DNA of 64,000 bases, taken from a virus. Each line of letters begins with the position of its first letter. Positions within the stretch are counted from its first letter, which is position 1. The notes under the pieces are model-generated. The model did not search any database and was not told the origin of the DNA. It saw nothing but the letters and a program-made list of their open reading frames with translations. Location: the IMG/VR virus record IMGVR_UViG_3300045988_036168. The stretch is one strand, 5' to 3'. The position numbers and the translations under genes were made by a program. Of this stretch, positions 35,093 to 42,880 are shown piece by piece.

Positions 35093-35739
35093 TACTGTTC
35101 GCCTCCAACCAGTGCTTTCCACCCCGGCTCCTCACCGAGCCACATCGCCCGCAGCCAGTCGTTCTCGCAGAAGTACCGGCGATAGTGGCTCGGCATCGAG
35201 TTCACCGCGAAATTGCGGATCTGGCGCTTGCGCTCCTTGCCGGTCTGCAAGCGAGCCTCCCAGCCGATAAGCTCGGCCTGAGACTCGTTGATGAACTGGC
35301 GGTTTCCGTCGACCTCAATACCGATGCGCTCCTCCGTGCAACCGGAGTATGGATTGCGGCAGGTGCCGCACCAAAAGACCTTGCCAACACTTCCCTTCTT
35401 AAACTTGCGGCCGGCGATCACGCGCACTGTATCGCCGACGTGGATTTTCATGGCCTGCATCCGGTTCGTGCGCCCGTCAAACAGGGACTTGCCGAGCGTC
35501 TTCCAGTAGTGGTAGACCTTGCGGAGCACCTCAGGCGTGGCGTCGATCTCAGCGCGGCCACTGCAGGCGCAGCGGGTGGTGTCGAATAGAACCTTGTCGA
35601 TGGTCTGCTTCTCTTCGTTCCAGCAGATTGCGTACCAGTCGGAATCGTCGTAGCCGTTGTGCTCGTACCAGTCGAGGACGCAGCCCTCGTAGTCAGGGGT
35701 GTGACCGTCCCCGTAGACGTTGGTGAAAATAGCCATCAC
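35092..35739 (-). CDS. hypothetical protein (215 aa)
   Basis: ORF track. Confidence 0.6.
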   Translation of the reverse strand: MMAIFTNVYGDGHTPDYEGCVLDWYEHNGYDDSDWYAICWNEEKQTIDKVLFDTTRCACSGRAEIDATPEVLRKVYHYWKTLGKSLFDGRTNRMQAMKIHVGDTVRVIAGRKFKKGSVGKVFWCGTCRNPYSGCTEERIGIEVDGNRQFINESQAELIGWEARLQTGKERKRQIRNFAVNSMPSHYRRYFCENDWLRAMWLGEEPGWKALVGGEQ

Positions 35740-36287
35740 TTGCCCTCCTTCATCATCAGGTCGTACAGCTTAGCCTTCAGCTCCATGATCGTCATGTCGC
35801 GGTCGTGAACCTCCGCTTCGAGCTGGCCGATTTTCTTCTGAGCGGCCTGCTCAGCGTCAACAGCCTCCCGGCATCTTCTGTGTTCCACATCGCGGTCATC
35901 CTTGGCCCGTTTCAGTTCTCCGTTCAGCTCCTTGACCTGCTGGTGAAGCATCTTGTTCTCTTCCAGCGCATCAATGACCGGGAAGTTGCTGTGCTGATTG
36001 TAGAAGCGGGTCGCATCCTCCCAGCTCCAGATCTTAAAAGCTACCTGATAGAAATACTTGCTCAGTCCAACGCGGCCAGAGGAATAAGTACCACGCGGAT
36101 CAGGTTCGCCGTCGAACCCATTCAGGCGGCCGTTGTCATTGGCGAGCCGAATAAGCTCTTTCACTTCGCTGCGACCGAAAATGTCTTGCGCTCTGCAAAT
36201 GTCCTCAGGCTTGGTGCTCAGACCGTGTGCCGCTACTTCCTTCAGAAGTTCCTCTGCGGTTTTGATGCTGTCATACTGGCTTGCCAT
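35736..36287 (-). CDS. hypothetical coiled-coil protein (183 aa), first gene after promoter cassette B
   Basis: ORF track; ~90-nt leader after the cassette B -10. Confidence 0.6.
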   Translation of the reverse strand: MASQYDSIKTAEELLKEVAAHGLSTKPEDICRAQDIFGRSEVKELIRLANDNGRLNGFDGEPDPRGTYSSGRVGLSKYFYQVAFKIWSWEDATRFYNQHSNFPVIDALEENKMLHQQVKELNGELKRAKDDRDVEHRRCREAVDAEQAAQKKIGQLEAEVHDRDMTIMELKAKLYDLMMKEGK

Positions 36288-36354
36288 ATCGCTGTCTCCT
36301 TTTCTTTGTAAGAAAACCGGAGACTTTCCTGAACTGTTGCTCTGGCTATCTCCG

Positions 36355-36410
36355 ATTATCCATCTGGTTATTTTGTAACTTTATTATACTGCGATACCTA
36401 CCTATGTCAA
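36355..36410 (-). promoter_or_regulatory. promoter cassette B: TTGACA-16 bp-TATAAT plus downstream 18-bp operator
   Basis: Minus-strand -35 at 36410-36405 and -10 at 36388-36383; operator ATTATCCA-TC-TGGTTATT at 36355-36372, 10 bp past the -10. Confidence 0.65.
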
Positions 36411-36593
36411 TATGTTTTCGTTAATTTTTATGAAGAAATTTTCTATCTATATACGTTTCGCGATATGCCCGTAAACAGCCCGTACAGGGCCTATACCGCC
36501 TCGTAGCGTCAGCGGTGTGAATGGATGCAGAGGGCCGTGACGGTCGTGTGCGTGGCCGTACGGGGTGCAGCGGGTGTACGGGGCATTTGGGTA

Positions 36594-36630
36594 TAAAAAA
36601 TCACCCTCCCGGTCGTAACCGAGAGGGTGG
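36594..36630 (-). terminator. intrinsic terminator after 36644..37141
   Basis: Stem CACCCTC/GAGGGTG (36602-36608 / 36623-36629) followed on the minus strand by TTTTTT. Confidence 0.6.
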
Positions 36631-36643
36631 CTTCATCGTGCGC

Positions 36644-37141
36644 TTATTCTTTTTTCGGCCCCTTTTCGATCTGGGTGCCATACTTCTCCACGAATGCGGC
36701 GGCGACGCTGGATTGGACTGTCCGCAGCCTGTCCTTGGACGTGTCCGTGTGATACTCCGCCATGAAATACCGGCCTTCGCTGTCAACGTACAACTCAGCG
36801 GCTTCGCCGTCTGCATTGAACTCGTTGACGCCGTCCTCATAAAAGCTGTTCGAGATGGCCTCCGCAGCCGCGGTATCGAACGTAATCTTGTCGCAGTTAC
36901 CGCACAGCCTGCGGCCGTGCCCGCTGACGTGAGGCTTCAGGATCTCGCCAGTCTTGCGCATCGTGAAGGTCACATCGACGCCGAGAACGTCCATGAGTGC
37001 CAAAAACTCGTCAGCCCTGATGCTGTTCCGGTTCAAACGCAGGTTGAAGTTCTGCGGAGTCCAACCCATTTGACGGGCGAGCCACGCCTGCGAGTTCTTC
37101 GTTTTCGCCAGAGCTGCATCCATAAGTTCTCTCGATGTCAT
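36644..37141 (-). CDS. HTH-domain protein (XRE-like N-terminus) with unknown C-terminal domain
   Basis: ORF track 36644..37240 trimmed to MTSRELMDAALAKTKNSQAWLARQMGWTPQNFNLRLNRNSIRADEF after GGAGGTG. Confidence 0.55.
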   Translation of the reverse strand: MTSRELMDAALAKTKNSQAWLARQMGWTPQNFNLRLNRNSIRADEFLALMDVLGVDVTFTMRKTGEILKPHVSGHGRRLCGNCDKITFDTAAAEAISNSFYEDGVNEFNADGEAAELYVDSEGRYFMAEYHTDTSKDRLRTVQSSVAAAFVEKYGTQIEKGPKKE

Positions 37142-37259
37142 ATCTTCACCTCCGTTTCGAGTATCTCTGTGCTTGCTATGATACATCGAAACAGATGCAA
37201 AATCAAGATTTTCTTTGCCAGCATTATCGTTTCCGTTCATATCGTGGAAATTACTCCCC

Positions 37260-37616
37260 CTAAATCTTCGGAATAGTGCCGCCGTACACGCCGGCCATTT
37301 TCAGTTTCCGCAGCGTCCCAATCTGCTTCCGGTTAATGCTGAGGCCGTAGCAGCAGTCGTTGTTCCACACAGCCACAGCATTTGCCTGCATACAAAGCCA
37401 CGTCAGGAAGTCGTAGTAATACTCCCGAGGGCACAGGTCGTTCAGTTCTTGCCGCGATACGCCCTTCTTCTGGCAGGCTAAGGCGATCAGCTTCTCTTGG
37501 TGCGACGGAACCGCGTATTCCACAGTCCCATCCTCCAAAATCACGACCTCCAAATACTGCACATACGTCTGCTTGTGCTTTTCGAGATCGAACGCGCAGT
37601 AGATGTCATAGGCCAT
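37260..37616 (-). CDS. hypothetical protein (118 aa)
   Basis: ORF track; immediately downstream of the MazF-like gene. Confidence 0.55.
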   Translation of the reverse strand: MAYDIYCAFDLEKHKQTYVQYLEVVILEDGTVEYAVPSHQEKLIALACQKKGVSRQELNDLCPREYYYDFLTWLCMQANAVAVWNNDCCYGLSINRKQIGTLRKLKMAGVYGGTIPKI

Positions 37617-37620
37617 CGTG

Positions 37621-38151
37621 TCAGGCCCCCGCCGGTGCCGTCGGGATGAACCCGCGGATCAGATCCTCGTACAGTCTGCGGTATGTATCACGTTCAGCCT
37701 TTACCGTCGCCAGTTCCAAAGCGGCCTTTGTATCGGTCTCCTTGCTGACGACAGCTTCCCGCTTTTCGACCTGCTGTTCGCGTTCCTTCAGGCGCTCGAT
37801 CAGGCCGGGGTACTTCTTGAGGCCCAGAGCCGTCGCAACCGCGATGTCGATGTCGCGCATCTCCTCCGCCGTACAGCGCCCGATGTAATTGCCGAGCCGT
37901 TCCAGCGATACCGTATTGATCTGCTCACACATGACCGTGCTCGCCCTTCCTGTACTCAGGATCTCAACGTGGGTCGGCAGATTGCTCTTCGGCTGCGTCG
38001 TGCAAAAGGCCACCTGCACGGTTTCGGAGTAGCGGTTCCCTTCGTCACAGGAAACAACCACGCCGGGACGCCCCGTATGTTCCTCGCTTCCGACCTGAAT
38101 GCCGAACTTGTGGACATAGAAGATGTCGCCACGTCTGATGCTGAAGCTCAC
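37621..38151 (-). CDS. MazF/PemK-family toxin domain fused to a ~60-aa C-terminal coiled coil
   Basis: RRGDIFYV...GSEEHTGRPGVVVSCDEGNRYSETVQVAFCTTQPKSNLPTHVEI...STVMCEQINTVSLERL matches the PemK fold pattern; residues ~115-176 are helical and charged. Confidence 0.65.
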   Translation of the reverse strand: MSFSIRRGDIFYVHKFGIQVGSEEHTGRPGVVVSCDEGNRYSETVQVAFCTTQPKSNLPTHVEILSTGRASTVMCEQINTVSLERLGNYIGRCTAEEMRDIDIAVATALGLKKYPGLIERLKEREQQVEKREAVVSKETDTKAALELATVKAERDTYRRLYEDLIRGFIPTAPAGA

Positions 38152-38558
38152 ACTCCATCTCTCCCTTCAAAATATCGGCTTCGCTCTTCCGGTGTAGGCC
38201 AGTCTGGGTCGATGCCACGCTTGCGGCGGTTGCGTCGCCAGCCGTTGTAGACCTTCACATCGCGTTCGTCAATGCTGTACCCGACGCCGCGTTCGGCGCG
38301 GTCGTGGACTAACAGCGGGCGCGGATAGTTCGGGTTCCGCGCCCTCAGAACCTCGTATGCGCCAACAGGCTCTTCGAGCTTCCATCCGCTTTGCTTCAGG
38401 TATGTTTTGAGGTCGGACAACATCCCGTGCCTGACCGTCACTCTGTTCTTCATCTGCTCCTCCATTTCCTGCTTCCGGTAAAACCGCTCTCGGTCGAGGA
38501 AGCCTTTCGTGGCGTAGTATTCGCCAGCATCCATGCCGCAAAAATCAGCCTCGCTCAT
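38148..38558 (-). CDS. hypothetical protein (136 aa) translationally coupled to the MazF-like gene
   Basis: ORF track; stop overlaps the MazF-like start (ATGA); no antitoxin fold recognised. Confidence 0.55.
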   Translation of the reverse strand: MSEADFCGMDAGEYYATKGFLDRERFYRKQEMEEQMKNRVTVRHGMLSDLKTYLKQSGWKLEEPVGAYEVLRARNPNYPRPLLVHDRAERGVGYSIDERDVKVYNGWRRNRRKRGIDPDWPTPEERSRYFEGRDGV

Positions 38559-38662
38559 TCGTCATCCTCCATCGGGTGCCAATGGTAGCTGCAGTCCGGG
38601 TTCTCGCATTCTCCGTTGAACATGAGTTGTCCACACAGCGGGCAGGTCGTCACTTCATACAT
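38555..38662 (-). CDS. mini zinc-ribbon protein (35 aa)
   Basis: Not in the ORF track. MYEVTTCPLCGQLMFNGECENPDCSYHWHPMEDDE; overlaps both neighbours (ATGTATGA upstream, ATGA downstream). Confidence 0.4.
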   Translation of the reverse strand: MYEVTTCPLCGQLMFNGECENPDCSYHWHPMEDDE

Positions 38663-38876
38663 CTGAGATTCCACAGCTTTTCTCCTCCTTGTCCGTCAGC
38701 CGCTTCAACGCGGCCGCTTGCTCTTCGATAAGGTCTGCGGCAGCCTTTGCCACCGTGCCGGCGCATTTGAACCGTGCTGGCCGCTCAAACGCAGGGCATT
38801 GCTCCTTCGGGCAGCGTCCTGTTTCGATGGCCGATTGATGGCATCGAAGCGCCAAAAGAACTTCTTGCGGTGTCAT
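38655..38876 (-). CDS. hypothetical protein (73 aa)
   Basis: ORF track 38655..38939 trimmed to MTPQEVLLALRCHQ... (TGATG overlap with the methyltransferase stop). Confidence 0.5.
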   Translation of the reverse strand: MTPQEVLLALRCHQSAIETGRCPKEQCPAFERPARFKCAGTVAKAAADLIEEQAAALKRLTDKEEKSCGISDV

Positions 38877-39649
38877 CAGCCCACCTCCTTGCTGTGGCTT
38901 CTGCAGCACTCGCGGAGGCGGGTGCGCATCACGTCGCAATACTGCTTTTCATTCTCAATGCCTATGTACTGCCGCCCCGTTCTGCAGCAGGCAACACCGA
39001 TGGAGGCACTTCCAGCGCAGCAGTCGAGCACGACCTCGCCGGGGTTGGTATATGTGAGCACCAGTCTCTCGCACAGCCATACCGGCTTCTGCGTCGGGTG
39101 CAGGTGGCTCGTCTGCTTATCGCTGGGGCCTTTGACAACACTTCGCGGGTAGCGGTCTGTGTTGCCGCCGCCCTTGACTTCCTTCGTCGCCTTCTGGTAG
39201 ATCTCAGTGCGGTTCTGCGTGTCGATGTAATGGGTGTAGCTGTTCACCGGCTGATGGCCGTCCGTCTTCTGCGGGTTGTACGTCGGCTGGCGGCGGTAGA
39301 AAATCAGGATGTTCTCATGCGCCCGCATGGGCATTCGCTTCGCATTTAGATGGCCGGTGGCGTTGCTCTTCTCCCAGATCCACTCGTACCGCAGATTTCT
39401 CAGGTTGCTGCATCCCAGCACCTTGTCGAACGGCGTCTGCGCAAACAGAGCTACCGCTCCATCCTTTTTCACGACGCGGTCGGCTTCGCTCCAGAACGCA
39501 TCAAGGTCAATCGGCGTGTCCCACTTGCAGTTTGTTCGCCCATACGGCAGATCCGTGAAAAGGAAATCCACGCTTCCCGCCGGCAGGAGCCGCATCCCGT
39601 CGATGCAGTCTCCCAAATAGGTCTTATAGTTCCAGTCTTTGCGCTCCAT
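38876..39649 (-). CDS. beta-class N4-cytosine/N6-adenine DNA methyltransferase
   Basis: Catalytic FTDLPYG (DPPY-type) precedes HPTQKPVWLCERLV...GEVVLDCCAGSASIG (the SAM motif), which is the PF01555-like order. Confidence 0.75.
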   Translation of the reverse strand: MERKDWNYKTYLGDCIDGMRLLPAGSVDFLFTDLPYGRTNCKWDTPIDLDAFWSEADRVVKKDGAVALFAQTPFDKVLGCSNLRNLRYEWIWEKSNATGHLNAKRMPMRAHENILIFYRRQPTYNPQKTDGHQPVNSYTHYIDTQNRTEIYQKATKEVKGGGNTDRYPRSVVKGPSDKQTSHLHPTQKPVWLCERLVLTYTNPGEVVLDCCAGSASIGVACCRTGRQYIGIENEKQYCDVMRTRLRECCRSHSKEVG

Positions 39650-39661
39650 GTGGCACCACCC

Positions 39662-39895
39662 TCACTCGAAGTACCCGCAGGGCGGCTCGTCACAGTAAGC
39701 CTCGCGGTCGTGTTCTTCACACCACCCGACACCGTTTGCGTCCTCGTCCCCGAATCGCTGGCATCCACCGCAGCACATCTCCCGCGGCTCTTTCAGGGCG
39801 TGTAAGGCAATGCCGATTGCTGTGTCCAGCTCAGACTCAAAGCAGCCCTTGCTCTGCTCTCGTTCAATGATGGCGATTGCGTCGCTTCGTTTCAT
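39662..39895 (-). CDS. small Cys-rich protein (77 aa)
   Basis: ORF track; MCCGGCQRFGDEDANGVGWCEEH... Confidence 0.55.
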   Translation of the reverse strand: MKRSDAIAIIEREQSKGCFESELDTAIGIALHALKEPREMCCGGCQRFGDEDANGVGWCEEHDREAYCDEPPCGYFE

Positions 39896-39898
39896 CCA

Positions 39899-40066
39899 TC
39901 ACGCCTCCTTCGCGTCGTAGTGCTCGCACCCTACCGATACGTCGAGGCTTTTCTTGGCGTTCTCGACCTCGTTGTAGCGCCCGGTGACGATGAACATATT
40001 GAAGATCGCCAACGACCGCTTCAAGCAGACGTCAACGTGGCGGCAATTCTGACACTTTCGTTCCAT
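39899..40066 (-). CDS. small Cys-rich protein (55 aa)
   Basis: Not in the ORF track. MERKCQNCRHVDVCLKRS...; ATG follows GGAGGCGGAGTAA, which contains the stop of the upstream gene. Confidence 0.45.
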   Translation of the reverse strand: MERKCQNCRHVDVCLKRSLAIFNMFIVTGRYNEVENAKKSLDVSVGCEHYDAKEA

Positions 40067-40732
40067 TTACTCCGCCTCCTTGTAGCAGTAGTCGGTGCAT
40101 CCGTCATCGTTCAGGCCCGGAGCCCTGCCGGTGACGAACGGCGCTTTGCAGATCCCGTCAGGATTGAACACGCAATGCTCGGAATCGCACTCGCAGCACA
40201 AGCTCGTCAAGAACAATGCCTGTGCAACCTCTCGATCCTTTGGCTCGCCCACGAGCAGCAGCTTTGCAACGCCGCGGCTGTATCGTTCGTCGAACCATTC
40301 CCAGACCTCCTCCCGGTTCGTTCCAGCCGGGAAGCAAAGGAACTGAGCCTCGATTTCTTCCGTCTCGGGGTTCATTGGCACATCCCCAAACTCAGCCCAG
40401 AGCCGCTCCAGCCGCTTGTCTCGCTCTTTCAGCGTCGGGATTGCCTTTGCTCTCTGCTCGTTCAGGTAGGCTTCATAGTATGCGTACTCGTCCTCGAAGG
40501 TTTCGCCGCTCTTTCGGAACTCGTCAAGCGTGTTGCAAATCAGGCCGACCACATCAGCCTCGGGCGTTGCCTTGACGTATTCGTCAGGGTCGAGTTCCTC
40601 CGCTTTCAGGTGCCCAAAGTAGAACCAGTTGTCGCCGATCTGGCAGACAGTCCCATGATCCATATTCGGATCTTTGACGAAGCGAACGCTTCCGTTGCGG
40701 ATGCCTTCGCGCACCATATCCTCAGTAATCAT
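40067..40732 (-). CDS. hypothetical protein (221 aa)
   Basis: ORF track; ATGA coupling upstream. Confidence 0.6.
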   Translation of the reverse strand: MITEDMVREGIRNGSVRFVKDPNMDHGTVCQIGDNWFYFGHLKAEELDPDEYVKATPEADVVGLICNTLDEFRKSGETFEDEYAYYEAYLNEQRAKAIPTLKERDKRLERLWAEFGDVPMNPETEEIEAQFLCFPAGTNREEVWEWFDERYSRGVAKLLLVGEPKDREVAQALFLTSLCCECDSEHCVFNPDGICKAPFVTGRAPGLNDDGCTDYCYKEAE

Positions 40733-41124
40733 CCAAACGTCACCTCCCCGAACAAAGCGAGCTGCACAATCTCGTCAGCGCAGGCAGCGTCGATTTGGCA
40801 GCAGTCAACAGTGCCGTCTTTCTGCACAGCCCCGTATTCGTCGAGGCCCTGCTCGACCCACAGCTTGAAGCCATTCAGGAACTTCTCCAGATCCAGCTCC
40901 CACTTCTCGTCGATGTCCTCGACGTCGTGGAGAACCAGGGCGCCGCCGCGGGCAATCTGCTCATGCCCCCAGTCGGCACAGCGCCGTTCTTCCACAACCT
41001 CGGCTTCGGAGCACCAGTAGTTGATGCCGCCCTCCAAAGCCGCAACCATGATGTCGTCGATGTCCTCGACCGTCAGTTTGACATCGCGCTCAGTGTGAAC
41101 GCTGAAGGTTTGCTTCTTCTCCAT
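40729..41124 (-). CDS. hypothetical protein, tandem paralog 2
   Basis: ORF track 40729..41139 trimmed to MEKKQTFSVH... after GAGGAGGGA; shares ...DIDDIMVAALEGG...ADEIVQLALFGEVTFG with its neighbour. Confidence 0.55.
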   Translation of the reverse strand: MEKKQTFSVHTERDVKLTVEDIDDIMVAALEGGINYWCSEAEVVEERRCADWGHEQIARGGALVLHDVEDIDEKWELDLEKFLNGFKLWVEQGLDEYGAVQKDGTVDCCQIDAACADEIVQLALFGEVTFG

Positions 41125-41135
41125 GTTGTCCCTCC

Positions 41136-41504
41136 TCAAAACTTCGTTTCTCCGAAAAGGGCGAACTGCACGATCACGTCCGCCTCGTTCGTTGTCAGGT
41201 CATCCAGAACCAGCCGTTCATCCTCAATGCGGATGTGGCAGCTCTCCTCTATGTACTGCTTGATTCCAGCGGTCAGCTTCGCCTTGTCCAGCTCATACCA
41301 CGTTCCATCGGTTCCTCGGATGGCAATTTCGCCGCCGTTGGACACCTGCTCGCAAACTCGCTTGCCCAGAATGTTGCCAACGGCCATCACGCGGTCGGCC
41401 CAGCCAGCGATGCCGCCGGCGTTCAGAGCCTCAAACAAAATGACGTCAAGATCTTCCTTCGTGATCTGTACCGCCACTTCCGCTCTCAGGTTGATGTTGT
41501 TCAT
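41136..41504 (-). CDS. hypothetical protein, tandem paralog 1
   Basis: ORF track; strong GGAGGT RBS; ...DLDVILFEALNAGG...ADVIVQFALFGETKF. Confidence 0.6.
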   Translation of the reverse strand: MNNINLRAEVAVQITKEDLDVILFEALNAGGIAGWADRVMAVGNILGKRVCEQVSNGGEIAIRGTDGTWYELDKAKLTAGIKQYIEESCHIRIEDERLVLDDLTTNEADVIVQFALFGETKF

Positions 41505-41796
41505 CCAGATACCTCCTCATTTCTTCCGCATCATCGCGGACTTGTTCGTTGAGCCACCGCTTCAACTCAGATCGCTCCCACGATTGCTTCTGCATCGGGC
41601 GTACCGGCACCATCGCAGCAATGCCGCCCGTATCTCTGGCAAGCCCTTTAAGAGCGTCGCACCTTTCCTGTGTGGCGGGTACATCCTCAAAAACCAGCGT
41701 TGTGCTGCCGCCAGATGTATATACCGACTTTACCGTGAACGGTTGGTCACTGATGTTGACGATGTCGCCCGGTTGCAAATCGGCTACCGTCTTCAC
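41446..41796 (-). CDS. hypothetical protein (~116 aa) with SWERSELKRWLNE motif
   Basis: ORF track 41446..41907 trimmed to the GTG at 41796 (GGAGG 9 nt upstream, just after the upstream stop); 59-nt overlap with the next gene. Confidence 0.4.
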   Translation of the reverse strand: MKTVADLQPGDIVNISDQPFTVKSVYTSGGSTTLVFEDVPATQERCDALKGLARDTGGIAAMVPVRPMQKQSWERSELKRWLNEQVRDDAEEMRRYLDEQHQPESGSGGTDHEGRS

Positions 41797-41797
41797 G

Positions 41798-42142
41798 TCA
41801 CTCGTCCTCCTCGTCGTCGATTTCAGGCAGAGCCGAACTCGGGTGCTGCCAGTCGCAGTACCAGAACAGGTGTCTGGCCTTCTCCACGTCCCCGCCGCAC
41901 TCTTCAATGAAGTCGTTGCCGGTGTAGCAGCAACCGACGATTTCCTCCACGTCCTCCGGGCCGTTCGCGGGTTCCGTGACCGGAATCAGGTTCAGGGCAA
42001 GGTCGGGAATGTAAATGATGTCGTCGCCCTGTTCAAATCGAGCAGCCTTGAAGATTTCACAATCCTGACCGTTTCTGAACGCGAACAGGTTGTCCATGAT
42101 GGCTCCGCCGAGCAATTTCTCGCGCAATTCTGCCTTTGTCAT
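41798..42142 (-). CDS. hypothetical acidic protein (114 aa)
   Basis: ORF track 41798..42163 trimmed to MTKAELREKLLGG... (ATGA coupling at 42139-42142). Confidence 0.5.
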   Translation of the reverse strand: MTKAELREKLLGGAIMDNLFAFRNGQDCEIFKAARFEQGDDIIYIPDLALNLIPVTEPANGPEDVEEIVGCCYTGNDFIEECGGDVEKARHLFWYCDWQHPSSALPEIDDEEDE

Positions 42143-42648
42143 TCCTGAGTGCCTCCTCTGCAAAGACTTTCGCCACAGCCGGGGCAGTAGTCGGGGTAAT
42201 CGGGAGCGTCGCAGTCCTCATACCAGATGTGGTTGCACCGGAGGCATCTATACTGCCGCAGTTCCACGTCCTCGGCAGGCCCGTCGCCTGTCTCGTATTT
42301 TCTCTGTGCTTTTGCCGCCTGAGCGGCTTCCTTTTCCCCGGCCAGCCACATCATGCACTCGGTCAGGTCGGGGAACTCTTCCGTCCAAGCGTCGCCGGTG
42401 CTATTGTCGATGCCGATGTACTCAACGCCAGTCTCCAGCACGAACAGGCCACGAGGCCCGCGGTGTTCGATGATGGCGTTTGCCTCCTGCTGGCTGACGT
42501 ATTTGAACCACCGATAGTCCTCATGTACCACGCCGCAGTTGGGGCAAACCCAAAGTGGGACGTTGTTGCGCTTCCCGAACCTGCCAAAGTAGATGTCCCG
42601 TGAAACGTAGCTTCCGCAGTCATAGCATCTTGTAGCCTGAGCTATCAT
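42139..42648 (-). CDS. hypothetical protein with three CxxC zinc-ribbon pairs
   Basis: ORF track 42139..42714 trimmed to MIAQATRCYDCGS... after GAAGGAGGTG. Confidence 0.5.
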   Translation of the reverse strand: MIAQATRCYDCGSYVSRDIYFGRFGKRNNVPLWVCPNCGVVHEDYRWFKYVSQQEANAIIEHRGPRGLFVLETGVEYIGIDNSTGDAWTEEFPDLTECMMWLAGEKEAAQAAKAQRKYETGDGPAEDVELRQYRCLRCNHIWYEDCDAPDYPDYCPGCGESLCRGGTQE

Positions 42649-42661
42649 TTCCACACCTCCT

Positions 42662-42880
42662 TCAGTTCCAGCACAAGTTTCGGATCTCTCGATCAGAAAG
42701 TCCAATCGTTCCATCCAACATCTCGGTCAGGAAGTCGTACTGTTCGTCGCCTCCCATGCGGTCGGCGTACTCCAAAACGTTTCGGAGGATGCGAGCCGCA
42801 GCGCCGTCAATGTCGAACTCTTCCAACAGCCACTCATACGCCTTTTCCATATTAGCGGCCACCAGCCCTTTCGTATTCAT
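42662..42880 (-). CDS. hypothetical protein (~72 aa)
   Basis: ORF track 42662..42913; start uncertain (ATG at 42880 or 42850); weak RBS. Confidence 0.4.
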   Translation of the reverse strand: MNTKGLVAANMEKAYEWLLEEFDIDGAAARILRNVLEYADRMGGDEQYDFLTEMLDGTIGLSDREIRNLCWN

